Assembly (NCBI GenBank): GCA_016748015.1
Contig: JAAOMT010000129.1
Location: forward strand, 620,001-684,000
Length of the DNA stretch: 64,000 nt
Direction: 5' to 3'
Source of the DNA: Geosiphon pyriformis uo1
Taxonomy: Eukaryota; Fungi; Glomeromycota
Below, in pieces: positions 26,849-41,455 of the stretch. Within the stretch, counting starts at the first letter, position 1, and each line of letters opens with the position of its first letter. A program made the position numbers and the translations under genes. The notes beneath the pieces were generated by a model. It searched no databases. It worked only from the letters and a program-made list of their open reading frames with translations, and had not been told where the DNA came from.

Positions 26849-27430
26849 TTAATGTTTATTATTATTATTTTACAAATTATATTAATTATTTAATTATTAT
26901 TAAAACAATATTTAATTTTTATATTAATTAATACAAATAATTGAAATTTATTGTAATTGTTTTTGTAAAATTAATTTAAATATTTAAAACCCAAATATTT
27001 TACTTGTAAATTAAAAGCTTTATTAACTTAAAAAATTATTTAAAAATTATTATAAATTAATATAATTAAATTAAATTTTGAATTAAAAATAATTTTTTAA
27101 AGTATAAATTATTAATCTAAAATTTTTATTATTATTAAAAACTGATTAAAAAAATAACACAAAATAATTATTAATTATTATGCTTAAATTTAAAAAATAA
27201 TATTATAAAAATTATATATATAATTATTAAATTTTAAAATTACAACAATAAAAATAAATTAAATTTAAAAAGTTTAAATTAGATAAAAACTTATTATTAA
27301 AAAAAACATATTAAAAACTATAATTTTTTAAAAAAATTATTTTTTAAAGAAAAATTTTTTTTATCTTTATTATAGTTTTTAATATTCAATTTAATACTTT
27401 TATATTTTTTTTATTTAAATATAAAACTGT

Positions 27431-30400
27431 CTGCCTGATGGCAAGGCTGCTGGTTTGTCTGGTATTCTGAATGAGCTGTGAAAACATAGTGGTGAAGTGG
27501 CTTTGAGATGCTTGTTGGAGCTGTTAAATGTGTGTTTGGCTGTTGGTTTGGTGCCTGCTTTATGGAAAAGGATGTAGATTTTGATGATTCCTAAGCCTTA
27601 TGATTAGAATGGAGTTCTTACAAACACTCACCCCATTGCTTTAATTGAAACTGCCAAGAAGATCTTTTCTAAAATTCTGTTTGATTGTATTTTGGTGGCT
27701 TGTAGCAAGTTTAATGTGCTTCAAGGTGACAATTTTTCGGTGTTAAAGAGTATATCTACACAATTTCTAATGTTTGCTGTCGAGTCAGTAGTTAAAGATG
27801 CTCTTGAAAAAAATAGAGAAGTGTGGTTGGTTCTGCAGAACATGTAAAAAGCCTATGATTTAGTAAGATGGCATTATTTAAGGACTAGCTTGTGGCATAT
27901 CAAGATGTGTAATAGATTCATTAGGTTTTTTGGCAGTATTCACAAGGACAGAGTTAATAGAGTAATAACTGATTTTGGTTTGTTTGGTAGTTATAGAGTT
28001 CATGATGGACTGGATCAGAGTGAAGTCTTTTCGCCACTTCTGTGGAAGATCTTTTATGACCCTCTTTTGTGTGAAGTCAAGAGACACGAACAATTATGTG
28101 GGTATCGAATTAACACTAGATTTGTTTTGAAAACTGAAAGAATTAAGAGTGGTAGAAATTTCATCTCGTATTTTTCAGCTAGTGCTTTTGTTGATGATAC
28201 AATCTGAATTGGGAATTGTCAGGCCTCTACTCAGTATGCTTTGAACATTGCCAGTGAGTTTTTTGAGGTTAATGATATTTTTATCAATAGTGAGAAGACA
28301 GTAGCTATTCCCATTAATCAGGGTGTTAAAGTTGCTTCATTAAGTATTTGTGAGCAGTCTATTTTGATTGCTAAGAAGGGCAAAGCACATCGCTATCTGG
28401 GTATCTTTTTGTCTACTGAGGGGTTGTCCAAACCAAGTATTGCCAAAGCTTATGCTGATGTTTGTTTCTTTGTTAACGTTGTGTTTAGAAAGACTATTAC
28501 AGATAAGCAGTTCTTGTATTTGGTTTCGGCTGTTTTGCAGCCTATTGTCAGCTATCGTATTCAGTTTAGCTTTGTTCCTTTTAATGTTTGTTGAAAATGA
28601 GATATATTGGTTAGAAAGGGTCTTAGATCTAAAGCTTGTCTTCTCTATGACTTTTCTGATGCCGCTTTGCATCATCCTTCATTGTATGACCTGAAACTTT
28701 TTGAGCAGGTGCAGTTTGAAGGGAAAGTGGCTGCTCTGATAATGTTCTTTAATGCTTCTGGTATTCTTGGGCATTTGTTTAGTCATAGATTTTTGGATTT
28801 GCAAGTTCTGGGTTGGGCCCTTCTGGACCCTTTGTAGTTTCCTGTCAGGTTACATGTTAGTCTGGTGTTACCAGTAGAATTTTAACTATTAATTAGCAGA
28901 AAAATTACCCTTATAATTCCTATAATTAATTAGTATGTTAATATCATTTCAAATTATCATTTATTATTTAATCAATTATCACATATTATGATTCAATTAA
29001 ATAATCTAATTAGTATAACAGAAAGTAAGATGATCAAATTACACAATATTTTGAACTTTGTAACATTCTAAAATTTGCCGAAATTTACAGAAATTTGCCA
29101 AAATTATGAATAGTTCACCCAAACTAATCAATAGTTCAGCGAAATAACTTGTAGTTCATCAAAATATATCTTTAGTTTGCCAAAAGTTGAGCAAAGAGAA
29201 AAAGTGCAAGTTCATAGACTAGTATTACAACAAGTTGTATAAAAGAAGAGCTTTTTTCTTCAAAAAAATGTATCTTACTTTAGATTTATCACTTAAAACC
29301 ATTTTTACACACACAAAGAGAAATAAATATCAAATAATTTGAAAAACCAAATTCTTTAATTATTGCACTTGGAAAATTTCCAAAACCCAACTAACATTTT
29401 GAAATTGATTAGCTACCAATTTCAGTAAACTGTTAGTGACTCCAGGCCTGGATAGAAAACGTTTCCCTTGACAAAATTCTATTTTTTTTATATTTTTATA
29501 TTTTTTTTTTCTTTTCTTATTACAATCATTAGAGTAGCCTACAGACAAGATTCCTGTAAAAGAGTTGACTTTTACAGCAAAGTAACTACACATTTTTAGT
29601 GAGCTTCCAGATGAGCAATTCTTGGAAAAGAGTTGACATTTACTACAACATAACTACATAAAGTAACTGGCAAGGAATTGGTCATTCCACTTATAAGCCC
29701 AGCAGTTCAAATTATAGAAGATAATTTGAAGATAAATTCAGTTACTGGAGATCCAACTACTTCCTGAAAACGTGAATTCACAGCAAATCAACATTAACAA
29801 CATTCAAGAAAAGAGACCAAAAACCTCTGGTAACACTAGTGAACAATTTTCTGGCTGGGTTGATTAAGATCTTTTTGGACAATGAGCTGTCTTTGGCAAA
29901 CAATTTTCCCACTGCTTTTTATAATCCTAGCCATTTTTCTTTGTCTTCTATTCTTGGAAAGTCTCTATATTTTGATTCAGTCAAATCTTTCAAACATTTT
30001 GGTGTTGCTTTTGGTGATTAACTTTTTAATAAGAAAGATGGCTTGTTGGATTGAAGAACTTTTTACCATTGGAAGAGATTGGATCCATGTGGTTCTGTGT
30101 CTCATTGGTTTGTGGTTGCATTTAAGTTTTTTCTGAGTAAGGGGTTCTCATCATTTGGCACTACTGGTTTTGTAGAGCTATGTGGGCTGAATGTATTGAA
30201 GTTTAGTGAGTTTTTTGCTATAAAAGATGGATTGCATAATGTTTGGTCAGACTTTTTTGAAGTTTATACAGATAAGTCCTTGAAGAATGCTGGCTCTGCT
30301 GAGGTTGCTAGTGGTGCTACTGCATACTTTCTGGCCTTGGATCTGAGCATTGGTGTTGTGGTTTGGGGCTTTTTGTCTTCTATTATGGCTGAATTACAGG

Positions 30401-31687
30401 CTGTTGCTTTGTCTTTGAAATATGTCCCTTCTTTTAGTACTGTGGTGTTATATCTTAACAGTCAAGCTGCCATTAACGCATGTATATCTGAAATGTCTTT
30501 TGTCACTCCTAATTTTCATAATCAATGCTGGCTTGAAAGACGTTATATTTTTAATTTGGTTAGGGATAAGGATCTTAATATGAGTTGGGCTAAGATTAAA
30601 GGCCATTCTGGGATTTCTGGTAATGTAAGAGCCAACTTGGCTGCTGGGGCTGCTTCTGGGTCTCCCTCTTTACTGTTGGCCAATATGTGTGAACATTTTC
30701 TGGTTGCTAAGAATACTGCTGTTTCTGATAATGCCCGTCATTTTGTCTAGAATATTTTTCGGTCTGTTTATCATGCTCGTTGGGAAGCTGGCCCTGGCTG
30801 CAATGTGGTTTCAGATGCAATGGTTGGTTGTATGGACTGGGTTGCTACTGCAAGAGTGTGGCATCCTGATTCTCATATGTTTGTTGGTTTCACTAGTTCC
30901 AAGTTTTTGACACTTCACTCTTATATAATGAAAGCTATACACAGAAGATTGCCAGTGGTGATCAGAAAAAAGCTGTATAATAGATATTACCCTAATGTGC
31001 TGTGTCTACTGTGTAGTGGTATGGAGTTTTCTGACCATGTTTTTACTTGTGTTCATGAGTCTGACATTCACAATGAGATTTTGGCTGAGGCTTCTGCTCA
31101 TTGGTCTGCTTTGGTTGGTGTTTTTGATTGTTCTTTATCTGCTGTGTTGTGGATACTATTTCAATGTTCTATCAATGTCAGATTGTATGCTTTGGTCTAC
31201 AAGGGGTTTGTGTTGAATAAATAGGATAAGGAGGCTTGTTGTGTTTTTGATGACCAAAAATTGGCTGTTGCTCGGATTGTTGATTTCGTAAGGTTTATCA
31301 TGGAGTTGCATTATGCTAGAGTATGGTTGGTGAGATCTAGCCACTGGGTGGTAATAGAGAAGGCTGATTTGGTTTAGGATAGTGGTGTTATGTCTGGACT
31401 TTCTCGTGGTGTGTCTTATTTGTTTTCTGATGGTGTTGTTAAGTTGCTTGGTATGGCTGAGTCTTTTGCTGTTAGCTTTGGTTATCAGAAGCCATGTAGT
31501 TTCTTTTCTGGTCTGAAAAGTAGTATATAAGTTATTATAAATGTATAGTGTTGTCTTGACTGGTCTGAGTGACTAGCCATGTGTAGTAAGTGCATAAGTC
31601 ACGTTTAGTTTGGGTTTCTTAGTTTGGCTCTATGTACTAGATAGTGATTGGGCTTTGCTCGTTAAATTCTTTAATAAAAATAAAAAA
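27431..31687 (+). mobile_element. LINE copy B: 5'-truncated, best preserved; RT + RNase H + C-terminal CxxC..HxxxC; interrupted by a solo LTR
   Basis: Starts mid-RT (LPDGKAAGLSGI); LQNM*KAYD, FSPLLWKIFYD, FVDD (~28187), HRYLGIF; RNase H VYTDKS..AELQA..KIKGHSG..GN; CLLCSGMEFSDHVFTC; A-rich tail; perfect 10-bp TSD ATAAAACTGT at 27421-27430 and 31688-31697. Confidence 0.95.
28866..29835 (+). mobile_element. Solo LTR, family X (970 bp), inserted in LINE B
   Basis: TGTTACCAG...CTGGTAACA 9-bp terminal inverted repeat; 4-bp TSD CTGG/CTAG; removing it restores the LINE reading ...LHVS(P)VNNFLAG; TATA-like TGTATAAAAG at ~29236. Confidence 0.9.
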
Positions 31688-34498
31688 ATAAAACTGTTAT
31701 TAAGTTTAATAGTATTATAAATTTTAATAAAAATACTAAAAAATTTGAATTCTGGTTTTGTTAATAAATTTTTTTTACATGAAAAAAATAAAAAAAGAGT
31801 TTTTTTTTAAAGCTTAATAATAATAATAATACTGGCTTATTTTTTTATTTAATGATTATTTTAAAAAATAATTTAAAAATATTAATAATAATAATATAAT
31901 AAAAATAGAAAATTTTAACATAAACAAATAATACTTAATAAAAAAAACTGTTTTTAATAATAATATAAATTTAAATTATATAAATATTATTTTAAAAACA
32001 TTTAAAGTTAAAATTCATATAATAATCATAAAATTTTTAGACAAAATTAATTTTAATGCTAATAATAAAAATTTTAATAATTTTTTTTACTTTTTAAATC
32101 AAAATAAATATGTTTATTAGAAAATTTTTTATCTTAAATATTAATTTTTTATTTATTAATAACAATTTTTCTTAAAATAAATTAAAAATTATTAAAAAAT
32201 TATTCTTAAATTTAAATAAGTTTAAAAAACATTTATTTTTTAAAATTTAATAAAATTATTTATTTAATTTTATATTTAAATTAACAATAATAAAAGTTAT
32301 AAACATAATAAACAATAATAATATAAAAATAAATACTAATTTTAAGATTTTAATAAATAATTATACAAATTAAATTATAATATTTAAAAAAATTTTGTAA
32401 GAATATTTATAAAAACTGTATATACTATATTATTTAAGTTTAATAATATTAAATTAATCAAAATATAATAAATAAAACTGTAAAAAAAAATTATTAATTA
32501 TATTTAATAATCAAAATTAAACTGATTTTTTTGCTTTTAAATAATTTATTTCAATTAGAAAAATATAATTTATATAATTAAAACTAATATTAACAAATTT
32601 TTTAAAAAATTAAAAAATTTTTTTTTTATATTTAATAAATACAACTCAACTATTATCTAGTATACAGAAACAAACTAAGTAAATTTAACCAAATATGACT
32701 TATATATTTACTACATATAACTAGTTACTCAAATCAATTAAAACAATACTATATATTTATATATACTCTTATATTATCACAAATACTTAAAAAAAATAAT
32801 AAATTTTATACAAATCAATATTTATAGCAAAAGACTCAACAATATTAAACAAATAAATAATTTTTGCCAACAGACAACTAAACATATTACAAAAAAAACA
32901 AAAGTTATTTCTATATTACTGATTAGATTATTTTTTTTTATATTTATTTTGAATTTTGTCTTTAACAACCACAGTTTATTCTGATGCTTTTCAATTAAAT
33001 GTTGAGAAAAATTGATCACTATCAATACAGTTTTTTTTTTGTTATTAAAAATTAAAATTGCTTTATCTGTTTAATTCTTAAAAACAAAATTTTTGCTTAA
33101 AACTACATAAATACCAATATTTAACATATCAAAAAAAAATATATATATATAATATCCTATTATTAAAAACTTTTATAAATTATTATAATTTAGCAAGATC
33201 TCAAAACATGTTTCTGCTTTCTTTAAGTAAGTAAATACATAATTAGGTAATTCAATATTACTATATATTAAATACAAAATTCTAAAGTAATCTTTATTAT
33301 AAAGTTTTTTTCTAACAACAATAAACAGTTTTCTGTAGACTGCTTTTATCAAATATATATAAAAAATGACCAAAGTCTTGCTTATGAATTCTAAGAACAT
33401 ATGCAAGTCTGAATGCCAAACTTTAGCAGTACTAGTCCAATTAATATTACTAATTATTTCCTTATTTATAATCTTAATATCTGAACTAATTTTCTATTAA
33501 GCATAATAAACAGTCTAATAAATATCTCAAATAAAATGGCAGATATTTTCAAATACTATTTAACCATTAACCACTGTTACTTATAGAACATAAGAAGTAT
33601 ATTAGCATATAAATTAGCCAATTAGAAGTAGCCATAGTAAAAATGTGGAATTCCAGGATTCTTCTCCAAAAAAATTGCAAGATTCCAAGAATTTCAGAAT
33701 TTTTGTACAAAAGAATTGCAGGATTCCAGAATTCCAAGATTCTATTAAAAAGAAATTGTAAGATTCTAAGAATTCCAGAATTCTTAGTGTAAAAAATTGA
33801 GGAATTGAGGAATCTCAATTATGTATATATAGTAGTAGTGCTAGAAGTAAAAAAAGCAGAATTTTTTAGTTAAAGACCTTTCAGTTTAGATTTAATCTAA
33901 GCAATCTTCTATTTACAAATATTAATAAATAATTATTTTTTATCTCCAATCTATTCTCTACTATCAACACTTCATGTTGATAGTAATTGATACTTAACCA
34001 CACTGGAACAATAGCTCTTGATCACAGCTATTGACAGAATACTAATTTGCAATTGCTTTTGTTTATTTTCTGTTATTTTCTTTTATTTCTTTTGTATTTC
34101 TTTTTGTTGACTAATTGATTAAAGATTAAAGTGCTGAGTTTATAGATGTTATAAGGACTAATAAAAAACCTGTGAAACAAAAGTAGAACACTCATAGATT
34201 TAAGAATAGCTTACTAGGAGAATTACTGGCCACCACACTGAGAAAAAAATTCGATGGAATTGCAATTCCAGGAAGCTACTAAAACAATTATTAAATTTTT
34301 GTCTATTATACAAAGGACTCCACAACAAAACCTTCAGATTAACCTAACTTTCCAAAACCAATAGCAAAATATCAATCAAGCACCAAGTTACAGGTTTGTT
34401 ATTTGACTTAAGACCCCAAATAATTATTTGTAACATTTGGTGCTCTCTGTAAAGTATAATCTTACAGAGAACTGGCACCAACAACAAATCATTCAAAA

Positions 34499-37400
34499 GT
34501 GGCAGAATCAGAAATTATAGGAGCAAACCATTTAGAATTCACCAAATCTTTGTTTTAACAGTACAGCCAACAATTGGGATTAAACAATAATTATTTTCCA
34601 GCAGAATCAGCCTTTAATTTCTACATCAACAATAAAATCACAGACTGCTTAGAAGGAACAGTTAATATTGAATCCGTAAGAAAAAATTTTTATACAAAAT
34701 TGTTTTAACATACCAGTCTACCAAAAAATTACAGTTTTGCCCCAATCATTAGGGAAATCAATTAAACCATTGAAAAATACACCCAACAACAATTCCCTAT
34801 TATCTATGCAGACAAAGACAAAAGAAGATTGCAAACACCAGCAGGAATACCAAAACAGATACAACCACCTATTTGGAAGAAAACCAGAGTTGAATTACCA
34901 ATCCATCCATTATACCATTATACATCAGGTAGTGCCATCAATATCATATCAACAGGCACATCCACATCAAACACAACATCAACATTTGGACAACTCCTAT
35001 TTTAAAGTAAACAAAAGAAAGCAGAATTACTAGGAACCTACAGTGATTATTTTGAAGAATTTAAATTGCGATTGCCAATGCCATCAGGATTCCAATCACT
35101 ACCACCTCAACTAGATTTCTGAAACATGAGTCTCTGGGAGATAACGGAATCAGAAGAGGAGGAAGAAAAAGAAGCCAAAGATCAAAAATTTATTTATCAA
35201 AACCTGATTCCAGAAAATCTGAACATTAAAAGTCTGAACTTTCAGACTTAGCAAGATTCAAATTTAGAAAATCTGGAAATCGAAACTCCAAATTTTTAAA
35301 CTTAGCAAAATCAGAATGATCGAAATCCCGACATTAATAATCAACAAAACTTATCTCCAGTAATTGTCATCAACCCACCACCAGTTGCTCCACAACAATA
35401 GCCACCATCACAACCACAAATTCAATTACCATTTCAACCACCACAGCAACTAAACTTGAATCAAATGGCTTATGCTCCAATAGCAAAACTCAAAAAGTTC
35501 ACTAGAGAAGAGAACAATATCCAAGTATGACTAAATGATGTGGAAAAAGCCATCACAGCCAATGGATGGAATGATATCAGAGCCATATAAGTTATTCCCT
35601 ATTTTCTCCAGGATATTACCAATTCATGATACCAAAGCTTAGTTAACAAACCTCAAGATTTCAATGCATTCAAGCTTGCATTCCTACAATATTTCAGTAA
35701 TAATAATAGCATTAACCAATTGGCAAACACTTTCACTACCATCAAGCAAAGAGAAAATGAAGTAGTCACTACTTACTTAGAATGCTTCCACAGAAATCTG
35801 CACCAGATCCAGACCATACAGGCTGATTATTTCACAGTGCCACAAATCCTAAATCAATTCATTAGAGGCTTGTGCAATAGCATTCTTCAATGCATATGTC
35901 CAATGCATCCTGCAGATTTTCAAGCTGCTATTATAAATGCCAAAGATTTTGAAACAGCTAAACTTGAAGCCAACCATGCTCAAGCCATTAACCTAGTAAT
36001 GAATAGATCATTTGAATTGGATTCCAAATTGAAACAATTTAGTAATTTTATCAATCAAAAATTAGAGAGATACTTAGCTGACAATTATGCAATTTATTAA
36101 CCACCACAATGACACAATAATTCAGGAAATGCAAATCATTTTCAAAATCAGTTGCATCCATTATCCTCAACCAATTAACAATGGCAACAGGAGATGTGTG
36201 TTTGCCACTACTGTAGTAAACAAAAGCATTTGAAAATCAATTGCAGATTAAGGATAGAAAACCAATAATCGGAAAATCAATATTAAAACTCTGATTGCCG
36301 ATTTTAAACTCCGAGATATCAATCCAATCCAGAAATATATCAATGAAATTACTTACCAGTGATGCAGCTGCTAATTTATTAACCACTGGTATATCAAATT
36401 CCACTTTATCAACTGGCAGCACTAGTAATATATCAACTATCACAGCCACAAATAATTTATTAGACATCTACAGTTTAAATACTGTCATCAAACCCAGCTC
36501 AAATAACATCAGGAAATCTTAGATTAAGAGTTACTCAAAACTGGAGATTTAATTGTTCACCAACTGATCTCCAGCTTTTCCTACCAACCAACAGAATCAC
36601 ATTCTCGGCATTCAAAAACTGAGCATGGCCAAAACCTAAATTTCCAATACTATTTAAGTCTCCTGGTTACCCCAGAAGATGCCCAACCCAATAATCCAGA
36701 AACCAACCTACAACCAACACTTACCAGCAATATTCTACCAGCTACCATTACTGAGAATGAATTACTAGATGCTATCTTCCCATTTGAACTCAAGGAACTG
36801 TCAACTATACTGTTGTTTAGTGGAACCACTCTTGAAGAAAAATCTATCACTGCTATGTATACTAATGCCAAAGTTGATGGCCACCCCATCAAACTAATCC
36901 TAGACAGTGAATCAGCTGGCAGCATTATCACAAGACAACTCATAGACCAATTAGGTTGCCAAGTTAATCAAACTGTTAGCGCCAGAATCATAATAGCTGA
37001 TAGAGCGACCAAAACTCTGATTGGCAAAATAAATGACTTACCTATTGAAATTAACAGCATTATTGTACTTATCAAAGTTCTTGTAATGGAAGCAATCTAG
37101 TACTAAGCACTTGTTGTTAATGACTGGCTGTCCAAAACCAATATGACACTTGACTAGATTATACAAGAATTGCAAATTAGCCAGAACGGCCACTATAAAT
37201 ACATACCAGCCACCTGTGGCCACTTTAAGACTATTACCAATGACAAACCACTTATCAAATTAGAAGAAAAAGAAAAAAAATATATCTGAGAAGCATATCA
37301 AGTTTCATGAGCCAACACCAAACACAACAAGCTATTACTAGTACTTTCCTGAGATAACAAAGGAAAAGAAAAAGAAGAAAACACACCCAAAGAAGATGCT

Positions 37401-40400
37401 ACTAAAAAAGAAATAACTAGTGGTTGAGAAAGAGAATACTCATATGAGCTGATAAAAGAACCACCATATATTCTTCTAAAATGTAAGAATTGTGGCAAGA
37501 AACTTTCTTTTATAGAAGTATAGATCATGCCAAATGAAAATTATTGGACAAAAACTTATTATTATTGCAAGTCTTGTCACTGTAAATGCTACAGCTATCC
37601 AAAAAAACAAGGCAAATGGGACAACAAACCATGTTTTGCTTGTGGAGAACAATTGCTTGATGAAGAAATGTGAAACAACATTCCTGGTCAAGAAAGAACG
37701 TATGACATTTTATGCCAATACATAATCCTCATTAGTGATTGGGTAAGTTGTGGTATGCCAATAACTGCTGTCTGGTACCATGCAATCTCTCACTTGGATG
37801 ATTACCCACATAATAAAAATGAAATCTGGTAGATGGCGAATGTCAAAGTAAAAGGTGCCATGCCCAACAAAATATTGGAAATCAAGAACAACTCTCTGAA
37901 ACCAGCCAACATTGTTCTGATTCCCAACCCAGACACTTTCCTGGACCTAAAAACAAGTCCAAAAGAATTCCATAAATACTACCAAAATTTAGCACCAACA
38001 AAGGAGGAACAAGAGCAGTATTTAGCCCAAATTAACACTCAACTATGTGACCACTGTTTAATCCCATGTGACTTTCAATATTGTAATAAGTGTGACCTTA
38101 TTTATAATCCACCAGCACGCATGATCTACATGATTCCAGAAGAAGAAAAACCAATTAGCAACTGCACATCAGAATTAAAATCAATTTTCAATTCCAATTC
38201 AAACTCTAACAACAATGATAACAAAAACAACGGTTTCAGTTCCGCACAATATAACAACAAAATTAATAATAATTCAGACTCCAATTCAAATCCCAAAACG
38301 TATATTGCACTTTTTGATCTTTCCAAAAAACAGGAACTTAGATGGTTTAGTGATAATAATAAAAGTATAATGTCAGAACACACACATAATATTAATGCAG
38401 AAGTTGATCTGAGATATCCAGAAAAAAATCTCATCAAATTAGAATCCTATTTGTGCACCTGTATTAATCTCAAAATAGCACTGGAAATTTTGGCAACAAG
38501 GATGGTACAGTTAGCATCTAGAAGTAGCTTAGTCAAAAAGAGAATCAACATCAGAGAAGGAATAATTAATGCAGAATACATAGGAAATATTATTGCTATG
38601 TTACAAAATAACTCGAAAAAGGCATATATTATAGATCCAAATGAAAAGATAGCACAAGCAATATTCCTACCTTTGGTGAAAATAGCTCAGTTAGTATCAG
38701 TGAGAAACAAAGAAGAATTAGGAATTACAGCAAGAAGGATACAGAGATTTGGATCAATGGGTAGAATAGATGTACCAGTCAATATGGTAGAAAAAAAGGT
38801 TATTGACAAGGAAAAAATTATCTTCACCTGTCAATCAATCTCTATTCTACCATATAACCAGTACATAGTAGTCATAGAGAGAAAAGTAAAGGATCAGATC
38901 CAAATTTTTGAGGTAGAAGCAACACTTTGTAAATTAGGAAAAATTGAATTGATCAATTTATACATACCAGCTAAGAATTATGGTTACATAAAAATTTCCA
39001 TTTACAACAACACAGGAAATGTTATCAGGATACCAGAAGAAAAAACTATTGGATACTTAACTATTAAAATTAAAAACCAACTGCCAGACATTATTCCAGA
39101 CTTTCCACAACTTTGTAGATATGTGGATATTACATCACAAACAATATATGAATGAAATAAATGTTATTTGCTCCAACCAGAACAATTGAAACAAATGAAC
39201 ATGGGAAACTTAGATCCACTACAACGTATGCAGCTCAAAATATTACTCAACAATTTCAATAATATTGTTACAAGTGACTATTTCTGATGTTGGATTAAAT
39301 AACAAATCCATAACTTGGTGCTCAAATCTAGTTGCAGTTGATAGTAATTTGAAGGTTTGTATCTGAAGGGTTTGGTTGAGTTCTTTGTATAATGAACAGA
39401 GATTCAATGGTAATAGTTTTATCTATAGCTTTCCGAAACCACAGTTTTGTCAATTTCTTTCTCAGCTTAATGGCCGGTATTCCTCCTGGTAAGCTATCTT
39501 CAATCGAGTGTTCTACCCTTATTTCTGGTCTTTTACCAGTCATGTTTATTCTGATGTCAGTACCCCATGCATTAATCCTTAATAGAGTTAGTAAACAACA
39601 ATAAAATCAAAGCAAAAAATAAAGAAAAGAAAAGAAAATAAAGAAAGAAAAGAAATAAGCCAAGGTGATTTGCAAGTTAGTATTTCATTAATAGCCGTGA
39701 TCAAGAGCTATTGTTCCAGTGTGATTAAGTATCAATTACTATTAACATGAAGTGTTGATAGTGGCAGCAGGTTTGAGATAATAAACAGTTATTTATTTGT
39801 GGTTTAAAAAGTTGTTTAAATGAAATCTAAACTGAGAGGTCTGTCTTTTTAGCTTCTAATTCTACTGTTATATATACATAATTGAGATTCTTCAATTCCT
39901 CAATTCTTCACAACAGGAATCCTGCAATTCCTTTGAGAGGAATTCTGGAATTCTGGAATTCTGTGATTTTTTGTGAAAATCCTGTAATTCCTGGAATCTT
40001 GCAATTCCTGAGAGGAATTTTGGAATTTCACATTTTACTATGTCTACTTCTGATTGGTTAATAACTATGTTAATATATATTCCCTATATTTTTATGAGTA
40101 ACAACATTTTTGCCAATAAAAACAAATTTGGCAGAACTGATATCATCCAACATCAAATCAAGACTGGAAATGCAATGCTAATTAAACAGAGAGCATATAA
40201 AGTATCACTAGCTAGCCATGAAATTATTCATCAAAAAATCAATTAGATGCTTGACAATAGGCTAATTTAGCCATCAATAAATCCATGGTCATTACCAGTA
40301 GTACTAATCCATAAGAAAAATAGAAAAATCCATTTTTGTGTGGATTACTAGAAACTGAATAGAGTAACAAAAGGAGACAGCTACCCAACTCCAAAGATCC

Positions 40401-41424
40401 AAGAACTTTTCAATGCTTTTAGAAGAAAGAAATGATTCTCAACATTAGACTTAAACAGTGATTACTGGCAAGTAGCCATGAAACCAGAAGACAAAAAGAA
40501 AATGGCTTTTACAACTCAAGAAGGAAACTTTGAATTTGAAGTAATGCTGTTTGGCTTAATAAATATTCCAGCCACTTTCCAGCAACTTATAGAAATTGTC
40601 TATACTGGATTACTGTAGAAATTAGTAGTTGTTTACTTAGATGACATCAATGTGTTTTCCAAGACATTTGATGATCATCTACATTATCTCCAACAAGTGT
40701 TTGAAAGATTGAGAAAAGCAGAATTGAAATTAAATATGACTAAGTGTTTTTTCAGCAAAACAGAGTTGAAGTTTTTGGGATATATAGTAAGCAAAGATGG
40801 AATCAAAACGGATCCAGACAAAATTAAGATTGTTAAGAACTTTCCAATACCAAATAATCTCATAGAATTGAGAGAATTTTTGGAATTTGCTGGATACTAC
40901 TGCTGCTTTATCAAGAACTTTTCCAAAATAGTTCAATCACTACACTAACTCCAAACAAAAAACACTAAATATGAATAGACAGAAATTCAGCAAGAAACTT
41001 TTAATATATTAAGAAGAAAGCTTATTTAAGCTTCAGTACTAATCTATCCAGATTATAGCAAACCATTCATAATCACAACTGATGCATCTGGTCAAATATT
41101 GGAAGCAGTATTATCTTAGAAAAGACTGGACAGACGAGAATATCCAGTAGAAGTTTAAGTCCAGCTGAAAAAAACTATAGAACTCTAGTACTGGAATACT
41201 TAGCTATCTATTGGGCTGTTAGCAAATGAAAAAAATACTTGAGTCAAAAGTTTGATGTATACACTGATCACAAAGAATTGACTTCAATCCAAAAACAAGA
41301 ATTCAGAGACGATTGCCATGTCAGATGAAAAATAGAACTTTTATCATTCAATTATACAGTACATTATAAAAAGAGAAAAGACAATGGAAATGCTGACAAA
41401 TTGTCACAAATAAGACAAATCTAA
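34499..41424 (+). pseudogene. Copy 1 gag-pol (Gag, CCHC, protease, CxxC domain, dUTPase, RT, RNase H), disrupted by stops and a solo LTR
   Basis: ORF fragments 35720-36100 (capsid), 36813-37100 (protease), 37833-39155 (dUTPase), 40652-40948 (RT); ends NADKLSQIRQI*. Confidence 0.9.
39266..40103 (-). mobile_element. Solo LTR (838 bp) of the copy-2 subfamily, inserted antisense in copy 1 just before RT
   Basis: TGTTAC...GTAACA ends; 4-bp TSD ATAT/ACAT (uninterrupted copy 2 reads gACATctttgcc at ~53671); the reverse complement matches LTR 47923-48746 better than the copy 1 LTRs. Confidence 0.93.
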
Positions 41425-41455
41425 AAACATTTTAACCAAAAAAATATAACAAAAC

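Noticed and set aside
26860-27310. Extremely AT-rich tracts (also 19600-20150) as an origin or centromere-like element
   Set aside because: More simply explained as the end state of TE erosion; nothing recognisable remains.
28866-29835. Insert read as a MITE because of the 9-bp TIR
   Set aside because: TG..CA ends with the same TGTTAC/GTAACA termini as the other LTRs, a 4-bp TSD and an internal TATA fit a solo LTR better.
33640-33820. Short repeats resembling a CRISPR array or a canonical heat-shock element
   Set aside because: Eukaryotic LTR context with no unique spacers; the spacing does not give three alternating nGAAn units.
39328-39604. Recurring ~70-aa sense and antisense ORFs inside the LTR (also 48427-48621), a possible LTR-encoded peptide
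   Set aside because: They recur only because the LTR is repeated. The copy 1 LTR subfamily has non-triplet indels through the same stretch, so there is no sign of coding constraint.
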